Source: an uncultured delta proteobacterium (GTDB lineage Bacteria; Desulfobacterota; Desulfobacteria; Desulfobacterales; B30-G6). Taken from it: DNA of 64,000 nucleotides. This document shows positions 39,843 through 50,046 of this stretch, piece after piece. The position numbers and the translations under genes are program-made. Location of the stretch: contig CAWGLD010000001.1 in assembly GCA_963823335.1 (NCBI GenBank), positions 928,001-992,000 on the forward strand. Reading direction: 5' to 3'. The notes beneath the pieces are model-generated. The model saw nothing but the letters and a program-made list of their open reading frames with translations. It was not told the DNA's origin and ran no database searches. Position 1 is the stretch's first letter; each line of letters opens with the position of its first letter.

Positions 39843-40177
39843 CATGAGCCATAACATCAAGCGGGTTTAATTTTCCATTCATTGATGACAGCATGCCTGC
39901 ATCTCTTCTGGAGTGAAGATTGACCTGCCGGATACCTTAATAGGAATGACACTGGCCCCGGGGTTCTGCAGGATAGTGTTTCTGCGCGTCCAGTCATGTA
40001 TTAGCTTGTATCCTTTTTTCCCAGACGATCCAAACAGCAGCGGGCTGAATTGTGCCTAACGCATTGAAATAACTGCTATTAAATGTCTGCTTTTGCTGCA
40101 GGCTTCCAAAGCCCCATAACTACGCTACCCGCGTTTCAGACGTTCATTGCGGGTCTACGATAAGGAGCACGTTTTTT

Positions 40178-40792
40178 ATGAGCCTACTTTCCAGCGCCGT
40201 TTCCATTAACCGCTACCGGGTCAAGGGCAAGTTAGATGACCCCATAACCGACTCGGTTTTTGTCGGATTAAAAAATCATATGCTACCCGATATTGACGAC
40301 ATTGAATCCGCCGACTCGGCAGGCTGGACGTCCTTCCAGGAGCCGTTTACCCCCAGCTTTGAAGGCTCTTCGTTTGTTTACGGGAATTATTTCGTTTTTG
40401 CATTGAGAATCGACAAAAAGACCATCCCATCAAAATTGGTTCAAAAGTATATGGCCATCGAAATTGCCAAAAAGTGCCAGGCCACCAGCCGGGAGTTTCT
40501 ATCCAGGAATGAAAAAAAAATGATCAAGGAAAACGTGATCAGTCTTTTAGGTCTCCGCATTCCTGCAACACCTAACATTTACACTGTGCTGTGGAATTAT
40601 GAAGCATCTCTCGTCTGGTTTTTTACCCATCTCAAAGGACCAAACGAAGAACTTGAAACACTTTTTAAAACCTCTTTTGGCCTGGTTCTGACCCGCATTT
40701 TTCCCTTTACATTTTCAGAATCGGCCCCTGGATTGTCCGGTTTTGACCTCGACCTGCTGACCACCCTATCACCAACAAAAATCCTGAGGTAA
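40178..40792 (+). CDS. Recombination-associated protein RdgC-like
   Basis: S.GW..F, FALRIDKK.IP, K..IKE.V...L.L and LF..SF.L.L pattern. Confidence 0.7.
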   Translation: MSLLSSAVSINRYRVKGKLDDPITDSVFVGLKNHMLPDIDDIESADSAGWTSFQEPFTPSFEGSSFVYGNYFVFALRIDKKTIPSKLVQKYMAIEIAKKCQATSREFLSRNEKKMIKENVISLLGLRIPATPNIYTVLWNYEASLVWFFTHLKGPNEELETLFKTSFGLVLTRIFPFTFSESAPGLSGFDLDLLTTLSPTKILR

Positions 40793-40796
40793 ACCG

Positions 40797-41342
40797 ATGC
40801 TTGACATTGCAACTGCCTATAATCGTTATAAATTTCTCGGCCATGAATTCCTGACATGGCTCTGGTATCTTGTCGAAACCGATGGGCACCGCTTGGGGCA
40901 AACCGAACCGACCGCCATCGTTCTGGCCCTTGGAAAACGTATTGTTCTTGAAAACCCCCGGGAAAATCACGCTGAAAAGGTTACCATCAAGGGGGATTAC
41001 GCCAATTTCGATGCCGGTATCTTGCCCCTGCGACAGGGCTCCCTCGTTACCGAACTTTCCCTCGAAGCAAAATCGACTGGGATGACATGGGATTTCAATC
41101 TCAAAGGCGAAAGCCTTTCTGTTTCCGGGATGAGAATGTCCTCTACCGGTCCCATAGAGTCGTTGGATGATGTCGAAGGAGCACTGCTGGAAAAGATTTA
41201 TTTGCTCGAAACTATCCTACAGTTTATCGACACCCTTTTTGAGCGGTTTATTAGAATGCGGGTCACAAATGAATGGGACGACAGGGTGGTTCCCCAAATC
41301 CGGCAGTGGATTATCAAAAATGAAGAGCGCTCAAACCTTTAA
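40797..41342 (+). CDS. Conserved hypothetical protein partnered with the RdgC-like gene
   Basis: FLGHEFLTWLW motif. 4-nt spacing from the upstream gene. Confidence 0.7.
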   Translation: MLDIATAYNRYKFLGHEFLTWLWYLVETDGHRLGQTEPTAIVLALGKRIVLENPRENHAEKVTIKGDYANFDAGILPLRQGSLVTELSLEAKSTGMTWDFNLKGESLSVSGMRMSSTGPIESLDDVEGALLEKIYLLETILQFIDTLFERFIRMRVTNEWDDRVVPQIRQWIIKNEERSNL

Positions 41343-42195
41343 TGGAAAAACCGGTTCCTTTCATTACATTGACTGGGGCGGAAACGGTCCCCTGGTCCAT
41401 TTCTCACATGCCACGGGATTATGCGCCCACAGCTATACCCCCCTTGCATGTCGAATGACCCCCTATCTGCGTGTCATCGGTATGGATGATCGGGGACACG
41501 GCAAAACGACAGCCCCCGCAGACGCCCGCAAACTTCATAGCTGGGAAACATTTATCGATGATCTGGATATATTTTTATCCTCACTCCAGGAACCGATTAT
41601 CGCCATAGGCCACTCAAGAGGTGCGGTTGTCAGCATGCTCCTGGCCTTGCGGCGACCGGATCTCATCCGTGCCCTCGTTCTTATCGACCCGACAATTCTT
41701 CCTTTTTGGGTCATGTGGCTGGTCTACCTGGCCAAACAAACCGGACTAAACAGATATATCCCCATCGCTGCCAGGGCTGCCAAAAGAAATGACGTCTGGC
41801 CTGACAGAAAGACCATTTTCGATACCTACCAGTCAAAAAGTATGTTCAAGACATGGAAAAAGGGGTTTCTGGAAGCATATATCGAAGACGGAACCAGAAT
41901 TGGGGATGATGGTCGGATACATCTCTCCTGTAAACCCGCATGGGAAGCCCGGTGTTTTTCAGTGTATCCCCATGATCTCTGGCGGCATATTCCCGCCCTT
42001 GAACAGCCCACGCTTGTTCTTTACGGAGAGAACTCGGACACCTTCCTGGAAAGTGCCGCTAAACGCTTTCGGTCAAAGGTCCCCCATGCCCACATACAGT
42101 GTTTCAAAAACACCAGCCACTTCGTGCCCATGGAAAAACCAGCCGAAACAGCCCGCGCCATACGTTCTTTTGTCAAAACGTATTACTCTCAGTAA
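41320..42195 (+). CDS. Alpha/beta hydrolase
   Basis: HATG, DDRGHG, GHSRG nucleophile elbow and HFVPME. Start ATG 41320. Confidence 0.9.
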   Translation: MKSAQTFNGKTGSFHYIDWGGNGPLVHFSHATGLCAHSYTPLACRMTPYLRVIGMDDRGHGKTTAPADARKLHSWETFIDDLDIFLSSLQEPIIAIGHSRGAVVSMLLALRRPDLIRALVLIDPTILPFWVMWLVYLAKQTGLNRYIPIAARAAKRNDVWPDRKTIFDTYQSKSMFKTWKKGFLEAYIEDGTRIGDDGRIHLSCKPAWEARCFSVYPHDLWRHIPALEQPTLVLYGENSDTFLESAAKRFRSKVPHAHIQCFKNTSHFVPMEKPAETARAIRSFVKTYYSQ

Positions 42196-42366
42196 AACCG
42201 CGTAACGACTTTATCCTTCCCCAAGAAGTACGATTGTCGAGGTTGGCGTAGCTACAAGCAAGAGACTGTTCCGCTACAGTCAGCTATGCGATATGGCACC
42301 TGACGCCGCAGATGCGGCAAGATCGGCAGTCCCAACGGGTTTCAAGTAAGAATAGAAACGGTCATC

Positions 42367-42708
42367 TCAGGGGTCGTATCCTTCACGCATCAGGAGATCC
42401 CGATACCAGCAGGAAAACTCATACATTCCCAGAAATCGGTCATCATCATTGACGATGCCGATGCTGATCTCCAGGACCCCCCTTCCGTATGAAGAGCTGT
42501 GGGTCTTCTTCTCTTGCAGAAATTCCCTGACCAGTATCTGTGCTGTGCGCTTACTTTTATCCTTTCGGATATCGATAGGGTCTTTAGGGTCTTGAAACGG
42601 TTCCCACTTGTCGTACCCTTTTTTCAGAATATGCCGCTGTCTGCGGGCTGACATGGCGTCAAAAATTGCCTTTTTCCTCTCTGTCTTTTGATCAGATGAA
42701 ATATTCAT
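42367..42708 (-). CDS. Conserved hypothetical protein
   Basis: GAGGGG RBS before ATG 42708. 113-aa ORF with protein-like composition. Confidence 0.65.
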   Translation of the reverse strand: MNISSDQKTERKKAIFDAMSARRQRHILKKGYDKWEPFQDPKDPIDIRKDKSKRTAQILVREFLQEKKTHSSSYGRGVLEISIGIVNDDDRFLGMYEFSCWYRDLLMREGYDP

Positions 42709-42807
42709 GTGAATCCCCTCTGGCCACACCTCCGCCCTTACGAATGGATGACAAAAAAAACAGGCGCGTGGCTTCAGTCCTACGATCCTTTTACAACAGG
42801 TGTATCA

Positions 42808-43491
42808 TCATTTTTCTTTGGTTTTTGTGTCCACTTGATCATCTTCAGCCCCCTTGACACCTAGATAGACATCGTCATATTCAGTCAGGAGGGCCATGGA
42901 TAACGGCACCAGCATTTCACCCATTCTGGAATGGTGGGACTGGATCGCTTCAACCAATTCAGCAGAAAGCTCAAAAAGTTTTTTCTGTATGACGTCGAGC
43001 TTAACGGTTGGATATGGCAATCCTTTCAAAAAACCCGAAAGGCCACAGGTGTGGCCCTCTCCGGCGATAGCGGTCGGTATGCCGTACAGCCGGCAGGTGA
43101 TCGGCCTGAATTCATAAAGAGCGCAGGTGTTCTGGTCATTCAAGAGGGGGCACTGTACTTTCTTTTCGGCAATTTCCCGGAAAATATCCTCTTCTTTTTT
43201 GCCCGCCTCCAGGTCTTTATAGGCTTTTCGTTTCAGCCTATATATCTCCCGGTCTATTTTATTGGCAAACTCAAGACGTTTTTCTCGTTTCAGTCCTTTA
43301 AAGCAGTTATCAAAGTGGTGCTTGATATAGAGCGCTTCAATCAGGGTCAGATCGAAGAGCGCATAGCAGCAATCAGCACAGCCCTGCTTACACTTGACCT
43401 CTTCTGGGTAGTCCTCTTTCACTTTGCCGAAGATGTCGTCTGCCGACTTCAACAATGCCTCATATTTTTTAAAAAATGGTTCCAAATTCAT
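42808..43491 (-). CDS. YkgJ family cysteine-cluster protein
   Basis: CKQGCADCC...CPLL....CALYEFRPITCRLYG. AGGAG RBS before ATG 43491. Confidence 0.88.
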   Translation of the reverse strand: MNLEPFFKKYEALLKSADDIFGKVKEDYPEEVKCKQGCADCCYALFDLTLIEALYIKHHFDNCFKGLKREKRLEFANKIDREIYRLKRKAYKDLEAGKKEEDIFREIAEKKVQCPLLNDQNTCALYEFRPITCRLYGIPTAIAGEGHTCGLSGFLKGLPYPTVKLDVIQKKLFELSAELVEAIQSHHSRMGEMLVPLSMALLTEYDDVYLGVKGAEDDQVDTKTKEK

Positions 43492-43509
43492 TAAAGACTC
43501 CTTGTTTTC

Positions 43510-43525
43510 TGTTCCACGTGAAACA
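43510..43525. other. parS: parS site (chromosome partitioning centromere)
   Basis: TGTTCCACGTGAAACA, matching the consensus TGTTNCACGTGAAACA. Confidence 0.9.
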
Positions 43526-43544
43526 TTGTTTACCACACAGAAAT

Positions 43545-43560
43545 TGTTTCACGTGAAACA
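43545..43560. other. parS: parS site (chromosome partitioning centromere)
   Basis: Perfect palindrome TGTTTCACGTGAAACA abutting the mnmE stop. Confidence 0.92.
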
Positions 43561-44967
43561 TTATTTTCCGATACAAAAGCGGCTGAAAACCTGATCGAGA
43601 ATATCCGGTGCGCAACGCTCTCCCAGAAGGCGGTCCAGTCCGTCAATGGCTGAAATGATATCTGTGGCTATCATTTCAGCCGGCAGGGAGTTTGTCAGGC
43701 CGCGCCTAGCCCGTTTACAGGAAACCAAACATTGTTCAAGCTCTCTTTTATGACGCAGATTGGGGACGATGCCCACTTCCCTGCTGATACCCGTGTCATC
43801 AACGATCATTTTCCAGATCATCTGTTTGAGTTCTTCGATATGTGTTCCTTTAAGGGCGGATATTTCAACGCAAGAAAGCGTCTGCCAAGGCTCAAGCAGA
43901 CCAGAACCATTGCCAGCGCAAGGCAAATCCATTTTATTCTTGACGACCAGTAGTCTCCTGTCTGCTATTTCACGAAATATAGCAACATCATCGGGGTGCC
44001 TCGGCTCACTGTGATCTACCATAAAAAGAATAATGTCGGCATCTTTGATGGACTGGCGCGTCTTCTTTATGCCAATTTTCTCCACCTCACCGGTGGCGTC
44101 GTGAAGCCCGGCCGTATCCATGATGACGACAGGAAGCCCCTTGATATGCAGAATTTCTTCTATGACATCCCGTGTAGTCCCGGGCACAGCGGTTACGATG
44201 GCCCTGTCTCTTTGTATCAGACTGTTCAGCAAGCTAGATTTTCCAACATTCGGGCGTCCGATAACCGCCATTTTGACCCCGTCCCTGTAAAAGTGTTTCT
44301 GCTCATAGTCATGAATCAGTCCTTCTATTTTTGGTAGAACCTCGCGTTCTATTTGTCCCGCCATGGTTTCGCTTTGAATTTCCGCCTGTGTGTCTTCAGA
44401 AAAGTCGATAGCTACTTCGAGTAAAGCACGTATTTCAAGCAGCGTCGCCCTGATACTGACAATCTTATCGGTCAATCCTCCAGCCAGCTGCTGATTGGCG
44501 ATCTTCAGTGCCGTGCCTGTTCTTGCGTTAATGATGTCCACAACAGCCTCGGCCTGGGTCAGATCAATCCTGCCGTTTAGAAAAGCACGCTTGGTAAATT
44601 CACCTGGCGCGGCTATTGTGGCACCGGCACATAAAACCATTTCATAGATTTTTCCCATTACGACGGGGCCTGAGTGGGAGTGGATTTCGACGACATCTTC
44701 TCGGGTATATGATCTTGGCGCCAGCATGCAGACAACCAGGACTTCATCGATATCTTCCCGGGTGTCGGGGTCACGTATCTTCCCATGGTAAACCCGGTGA
44801 GATTCAATTGACTCGTTTTGCAGGGTTAAACCGTTTACATCATGTTTATGCGTTCTCTGGAACAGAGACATTAGAATAGGGACGGATCTTTTCCCGGACA
44901 GCCGAATAATGCCGATACCACCGCTTCCGAAAGGTGTTGAGATGGCGGCTATTGTGGTGCTTTTCAT
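43561..44967 (-). CDS. mnmE: tRNA modification GTPase MnmE
   Basis: [44 protein letters not shown] and C-terminal FCIGK. Confidence 0.97.
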   Translation of the reverse strand: MKSTTIAAISTPFGSGGIGIIRLSGKRSVPILMSLFQRTHKHDVNGLTLQNESIESHRVYHGKIRDPDTREDIDEVLVVCMLAPRSYTREDVVEIHSHSGPVVMGKIYEMVLCAGATIAAPGEFTKRAFLNGRIDLTQAEAVVDIINARTGTALKIANQQLAGGLTDKIVSIRATLLEIRALLEVAIDFSEDTQAEIQSETMAGQIEREVLPKIEGLIHDYEQKHFYRDGVKMAVIGRPNVGKSSLLNSLIQRDRAIVTAVPGTTRDVIEEILHIKGLPVVIMDTAGLHDATGEVEKIGIKKTRQSIKDADIILFMVDHSEPRHPDDVAIFREIADRRLLVVKNKMDLPCAGNGSGLLEPWQTLSCVEISALKGTHIEELKQMIWKMIVDDTGISREVGIVPNLRHKRELEQCLVSCKRARRGLTNSLPAEMIATDIISAIDGLDRLLGERCAPDILDQVFSRFCIGK

Positions 44968-44983
44968 GAATGCTCTACGTCGT

Positions 44984-45745
44984 CTATGATGGGTTCTTTT
45001 TTCGCTTTCTTTTTGGATAAATTTTTAGCTTACGATAATATCCTTCGCCAACACTGTGGGTGCGCACTTCCCGGTCCTCTTTCAGGGCGATGTGGATAAT
45101 TCTGCGGTCATGGGCATTGAACTGACCGGCTGTCACGGGTTTTCCGGTCTTTTTGACTTTTTCACACAAACGTAAAGCCAGTTTTACGAGCCGTTCTCGC
45201 TGTGCCTGCAGATACCCTTCGATATCCACTTCAACCCGAATACGCTGTTCGTTCTTTTTATTTATAATTTTTTCAACGAGGTACTGCATCGCTTCCAAGG
45301 TCTGACCTCTTTTTCCGATAAGAACGGCAGTCTTCCCTCCGGAAACCTCGTAGACGAGCTTACCGTCGTTATGCGTCACGGAAACGACCGCATCGATACT
45401 GATGGCGTCGACAATTTTCTGCAGCGCTTGTTTGCCAAGATCAATGTTTTCTTCGGAAACCTCGGCTGGTGATGTTTTTCCAAAGGCTTCGTCCACAATC
45501 GATATGATCTCTTGGTAGTTATTCTTTGTCTCTCCTGTGGTCGTGTCGGCTTTTTCTGCCACAGCATCCTCCGGTACCGTCACTCGGATTTTCGCTTTTT
45601 TAGAGCCCACCAGTCCAAAAATGCCGGTTGACCCGTAAGATATGATATCATGCGCAAGTTTGCTGGGCGGAATGTTCAGCTCCTGGCTTGCTTTTTGAAC
45701 AGCTTCTTCCACGCTTTTACTTTCAAATTCTAAGACAGGCGACAT
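44984..45745 (-). CDS. jag: RNA-binding protein Jag/EloR (KH and R3H domains)
   Basis: KSVEEA, LIGKRGQTLEA.Q, RRIIH and S.GEG..R. Located between yidC and mnmE. Confidence 0.93.
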   Translation of the reverse strand: MSPVLEFESKSVEEAVQKASQELNIPPSKLAHDIISYGSTGIFGLVGSKKAKIRVTVPEDAVAEKADTTTGETKNNYQEIISIVDEAFGKTSPAEVSEENIDLGKQALQKIVDAISIDAVVSVTHNDGKLVYEVSGGKTAVLIGKRGQTLEAMQYLVEKIINKKNEQRIRVEVDIEGYLQAQRERLVKLALRLCEKVKKTGKPVTAGQFNAHDRRIIHIALKEDREVRTHSVGEGYYRKLKIYPKRKRKKNPS

Positions 45746-45759
45746 GGTCTTCCTCACTT

Positions 45760-47430
45760 TTATGCATATTTTTTCTGAATGTACGTCTGCTGTGCAATCG
45801 ACAGGATATTGTTAATCAACCAGTAGAGCACGAGACCTGAAGAAAAATTGATAAAGATTACCGTAAAAACGATCGGCATGAGCATCATCATTTTTGCCTG
45901 GGTCGGGTCCCCGGGTGGCGGGGACATTTTCTGCTGTAGAAGCATCGTCGCACCCATAATGACTGTCAACACGGGTATACCGTAGGGAGGTTGCATAAAT
46001 GGTATCGAAAAGGAAAAATGAAACAGGCGATCCGGGGCGGACAGATCGTTTATCCACAAAAAGAATGGCGCGTGACGCAGCTCGATAGCCTGATATAGCA
46101 TTCGATATAGGGCAAAAAAAACAGGTATTTGGAGAATCATTGGAAGACAGCCGCCCATGGGGTTGATCTTGTACGTTCGGTACAATGACATGATTTCCTG
46201 GTTCATCATTTTTTTGTCATCTTTATACTTCTCTCTTATCTCTGCCATCAGCGGTTGCAGACGCTTCATTTCGGTCATTGACTTATAGCTCTTTGATCCA
46301 AGGGGCCAGAGCAGGAGCTTGGTCAATATGGTCAGTACAATAATGGCAATGCCGTAGTTGGGAACCCTGCTGTAGATAAAATTCATAAACCAGAGAAGAG
46401 GTTTGGCGATGATGTCAAACATGCCAAAATGGATGGCCTTGTTGAGATCGTGGCCGACGTCCTTGAGGACCTGCATGCTTTTCGGGCCGAAAAAAATTTC
46501 GTAGTCAAAACGCTTCTGGGTGCCGGGTTGGATCGTGTTCTCTGGTCCAATGAAACCGTTACCCAAAATCCCATCACTGTCCAGGGAGAGTTTCATAATG
46601 CCTCTGGTCTCATCCAAAGGAATCAGACTCTTCATAAAATACCTGTCAACAATAGCTAACCATTTGATATTACCATCATATTCGCTTTTGTCTTCGATCT
46701 TCTTTGGCTTGATTTGTTCGAGCTTACCATCAATCAGGGCGCAGGGGCCTTCAAAGGAATATCCATCCTTTTCAGACCCTGGATCATTTTTGATGCCCAG
46801 AGCTAGCTTATCGACAATCGGCCGTTCGGATCCATTCTTAATATCGATGGCCAGATGTATAAGATAACTTTTCGGTGTAAACCTGTATCGCTTTTCAACT
46901 AGAACCCCGTCATCAGAACGCCAGCTGAAAACAAGTTCCCTTTCCTTATCCACCACACTGAGTCTGTCAGGTGCTTCCTGCGCGGTAAAAACAGCCTCTT
47001 CCAGGCCTGGAATGCTATTTCCGGCCAGTGACAGCGCCAGCATGTCATGACGGGTCGTCGGATCAATCAGCTCTTTATAGGCGGAATCCGGGTCAATGCT
47101 TTCCTTGTATTCTTTCAATACATAACTCTGAAATATGGCACCCTGCTCGTTAATGGCAACCGAATACAAGGGCGACTCGACCGTAATCGTCCGGGGAAGT
47201 GTCTTTTGTGAACCCGCGGATATCTCGGCGACATAGGGTTCGAGAGGTTTTTCTTTCACAGAGTTGTTGGCTGGTGTTTCCGGCTGGGCCAACGTTTCTT
47301 GATCGTTTTTCTGGATTGCAGTTTCTGCTGTCGGCGTTTCAGGCGTCTTTTTCTCGACAAAAAAGAAATTCCACAAGAAAAACACAAGAAAGGACAGCAC
47401 AATTGCAATCAACACACGAGCTTGCTCCAT
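45760..47430 (-). CDS. yidC: Membrane protein insertase YidC
   Basis: NYGIAII.LT, NPMGGCLP..LQIPVF, WINDLSAPD and GLVLYW. Confidence 0.97.
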   Translation of the reverse strand: MEQARVLIAIVLSFLVFFLWNFFFVEKKTPETPTAETAIQKNDQETLAQPETPANNSVKEKPLEPYVAEISAGSQKTLPRTITVESPLYSVAINEQGAIFQSYVLKEYKESIDPDSAYKELIDPTTRHDMLALSLAGNSIPGLEEAVFTAQEAPDRLSVVDKERELVFSWRSDDGVLVEKRYRFTPKSYLIHLAIDIKNGSERPIVDKLALGIKNDPGSEKDGYSFEGPCALIDGKLEQIKPKKIEDKSEYDGNIKWLAIVDRYFMKSLIPLDETRGIMKLSLDSDGILGNGFIGPENTIQPGTQKRFDYEIFFGPKSMQVLKDVGHDLNKAIHFGMFDIIAKPLLWFMNFIYSRVPNYGIAIIVLTILTKLLLWPLGSKSYKSMTEMKRLQPLMAEIREKYKDDKKMMNQEIMSLYRTYKINPMGGCLPMILQIPVFFALYRMLYQAIELRHAPFFLWINDLSAPDRLFHFSFSIPFMQPPYGIPVLTVIMGATMLLQQKMSPPPGDPTQAKMMMLMPIVFTVIFINFSSGLVLYWLINNILSIAQQTYIQKKYA

Positions 47431-47568
47431 AATCTTCTCCTACTGGTCGGTTTTCTGCCTACAACGTAAAGTGACACCGCTTGAAGTTTTTCGAACAGAT
47501 ACTCTGGGGAATAAAGCGTGTGGAAAGCGGCGAATAGGGCGCGGATAGCCATCATGCGCGGGAACCCA

Positions 47569-47814
47569 TCAGGGTACCGGATCAATTCCTCCCGCATGCC
47601 ATGGATGACACTTCAATACCCGCTTGATTGAAAGGAACAGGCCTTTTACTGTTCCATATCGCACGATCGCCTCATAGGAATATCTGGAACAACTGGGAGA
47701 AAATCGGCAAGCTGGACCCAACATCGGAGAAATCGTGTATTGGTATGCTTTTATAAGGATGAGAAATAGATACTTAATGACAACAAGCCCTCTTGATTTT
47801 CTCAAACAAACCAT
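47569..47814 (-). CDS. yidD: Membrane protein insertion efficiency factor YidD
   Basis: YQYTISP...CRFSPSCS.Y...R.LKCHPW..GG.DPVP. Start uncertain because it overlaps rnpA. Confidence 0.93.
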   Translation of the reverse strand: MVCLRKSRGLVVIKYLFLILIKAYQYTISPMLGPACRFSPSCSRYSYEAIVRYGTVKGLFLSIKRVLKCHPWHAGGIDPVP

Positions 47815-48130
47815 TTAAGGAATCAAACATTTCCTCAGATGTTAAATCCACAGCTTCTTTTTTCGCGATGACATTGATATCAAGATACGGTTGAGTGCAT
47901 TTCCGGGTTAACCGGAAGTGTTCGCGAACGATTCTTTTAATCCTGTTCCGTGTGACTGCTTTCCCGACCCGCTTTGTTACGGTGATACCAATACGCGATG
48001 CGCTATTTTGACCGGGGCAATAAAAGGCAGTAAAGTGTCTGTTGTATACTTTTCTACCCTGTTGAAAGACATGAACAAATTCGCTTCGCTTTCGCAGCCT
48101 ATCTGCTTTGGTATATGAGTTGCCGCTCAA
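47774..48130 (-). CDS. rnpA: Ribonuclease P protein component
   Basis: RLRKRSEF and [21 protein letters not shown]. Probable TTG start at 48130. Confidence 0.93.
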   Translation of the reverse strand: MSGNSYTKADRLRKRSEFVHVFQQGRKVYNRHFTAFYCPGQNSASRIGITVTKRVGKAVTRNRIKRIVREHFRLTRKCTQPYLDINVIAKKEAVDLTSEEMFDSLNGLFEKIKRACCH

Positions 48131-48238
48131 CAGAAAATTTCCGTAACCAATCGGTGCTCTTATTCCGCCAAACAAACGTTTTAATCCTGGTGACTAATCT
48201 TTTTTGGCAAAGCCATTGGTATGCAAACTGGATGGCGC

Positions 48239-48373
48239 CTAAGCGGCCAAACGCTTTCTACCTTTTTGCCGTCTCCTGTTGACAATTCTTCTGCCCGCCT
48301 TTGTGGACATTCGATGCAAAAAACCATGCGTCCGGGCACGTTTAATCTTGCTTGGCTGGTATGTTCGTTTCAT
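48239..48373 (-). CDS. rpmH: 50S ribosomal protein L34 (not in ORF track)
   Basis: Manual translation [51 protein letters not shown]. Confidence 0.97.
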   Translation of the reverse strand: MKRTYQPSKIKRARTHGFLHRMSTKAGRRIVNRRRQKGRKRLAA

Positions 48374-48507
48374 TTTTTATTACCTCTTTGATACGTATTT
48401 AGTTTCCAACATGTTTAAACAATGGAAAAAATCATATAATTTATTATTTGTCAACAACGCTTTTATTCTTAAACCGTAAATATAAAAACATGACATCGTA
48501 AGCTCTT

Positions 48508-50046
48508 TCAAGCCCCCATGCTCTCCAGGATATCAAATTCTTCCATGTGAAACTTTGGGTTTGGGTAAATAGCGACACGTTTGCCGATTTTTTTTTCAAG
48601 GGAGCTGATCAGCGTACTTTCTTCGCCGTAAAGCAACTCAGCAATTTCCGGATTCACCCGTACCGTAAACCGGTTTCCTATCATGTTTCCGGCCTCTTTA
48701 AGGACAGCCCGATAGATATTATAGCTGATTGTTTTTCTGGAAACAATATATCCTTCTCCATCACAATAGCTGCAGGGTTCACAAAGCAATCTGGTCAGAG
48801 GCTTTCGAACACGTTTACGTGTCATCTGGATAAGCCCCATTTCAGACATCGGGAGCACATGGGTCTTGCTACGATCTTTTTTTAGTGCCTCTGTCAGAGC
48901 ATTGAACACTTTCTCCTGGTTGGACGTCTTTTCCATGTCGATAAAATCGATGATAATGATGCCCCCGATATCTCTTAGACGAATCTGATAGGCGATTTCT
49001 TTGACCGCCTCCAGATTGGTCTTTGTAATCGTCTCTTCCAGATTGTATTTGCCCACGTACCGACCGGTGTTCACATCGATTGCTACCAGCGCTTCTGTTT
49101 GCTCGATGACGATATATCCACCTGATTTTAACCAGACTTTTCGTTTGAGTGCCCGGGAAATGTCACCTTCCAGGTTATAGGCTTCAAAAATCGACTCCAT
49201 TCCATCATAACATTCCACCGACTCTTTTAGACTCGGCATTAACGTGTCCAGGAAAGAAAGAATTGATTCGTGCCCTTCCCGTGAGTCGATAACAAGCCTC
49301 TCCGCATCCTGGATAAGAAGGTCCCTGACAGCACGAAGACTTACCGACAATTCCTGATGAATCATGCTCGGACAAGATGCTGTTTCGTATTTCTTCTTGA
49401 TGCCCGCCCATATATTTCTAAGAAAACCCATTTCATAGGATAGTTTTTCCTGCTGAATCCCCTCGGCAGCCGTTCTCACAATGTAGCCAAGACTTTCAAG
49501 TCTCGAGGCACTTACCATTTCCTTGAGCCGGTCTCTTTCGATGTTCTCCTCTATTCGCCGGGAAATACCGATATGGTTGGAGGTCGGCATCAGGACCAGA
49601 AAACGACCGGGGAGTGAGATATAGGAAGAAATCCGGGCGCCTTTTGTTCCCATGGGCGATTTGACCACCTGAACCAGAAGTTCCTGCCCTTCCGAAATCA
49701 ACTCCTCGATATAGGTTGATTTTGGAACAAATGCTCCTTGGGGACCAGCGCTTTCAAGTGGCGGCATTTCATCTTCGTCGTCTATCGATTCGAAAAGGCG
49801 CTCTGTTTCCTTGAGGTTGTCCCCTAAAACATCATCCACATATATAAAGGCCGCCTGGTCCAGACCGATGTCCACAAAAGCTGCCTGCATTCCTGGAAGT
49901 ACTCGCTGCACCCTGCCTTTGTATATATTTCCAGCAATATCCGAGCCGTCGTTTCTCTCGATAAAAAGCTCTGCGATCGTTCCATCTTCCAGTAGCGCCA
50001 CGCGTGTCTCGTGTTCAGCCACATTGATGACGATCTGTTTATACAT
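48508..50046 (-). CDS. rng: Ribonuclease E/G family (RNase G-like)
   Basis: GNIYKGRV.RVLPGMQAAFVDIG, IDVNTG and RLRDIGGIIIIDFIDM. Confidence 0.95.
   Translation of the reverse strand: MYKQIVINVAEHETRVALLEDGTIAELFIERNDGSDIAGNIYKGRVQRVLPGMQAAFVDIGLDQAAFIYVDDVLGDNLKETERLFESIDDEDEMPPLESAGPQGAFVPKSTYIEELISEGQELLVQVVKSPMGTKGARISSYISLPGRFLVLMPTSNHIGISRRIEENIERDRLKEMVSASRLESLGYIVRTAAEGIQQEKLSYEMGFLRNIWAGIKKKYETASCPSMIHQELSVSLRAVRDLLIQDAERLVIDSREGHESILSFLDTLMPSLKESVECYDGMESIFEAYNLEGDISRALKRKVWLKSGGYIVIEQTEALVAIDVNTGRYVGKYNLEETITKTNLEAVKEIAYQIRLRDIGGIIIIDFIDMEKTSNQEKVFNALTEALKKDRSKTHVLPMSEMGLIQMTRKRVRKPLTRLLCEPCSYCDGEGYIVSRKTISYNIYRAVLKEAGNMIGNRFTVRVNPEIAELLYGEESTLISSLEKKIGKRVAIYPNPKFHMEEFDILESMGA

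Noticed and set aside
39900-40080. 6S RNA or SRP RNA assignment for the intergenic hairpin
   Set aside because: No SRP GGAA-loop motif and no convincing 6S central bubble or closing stem. It is kept only as an unnamed structure.
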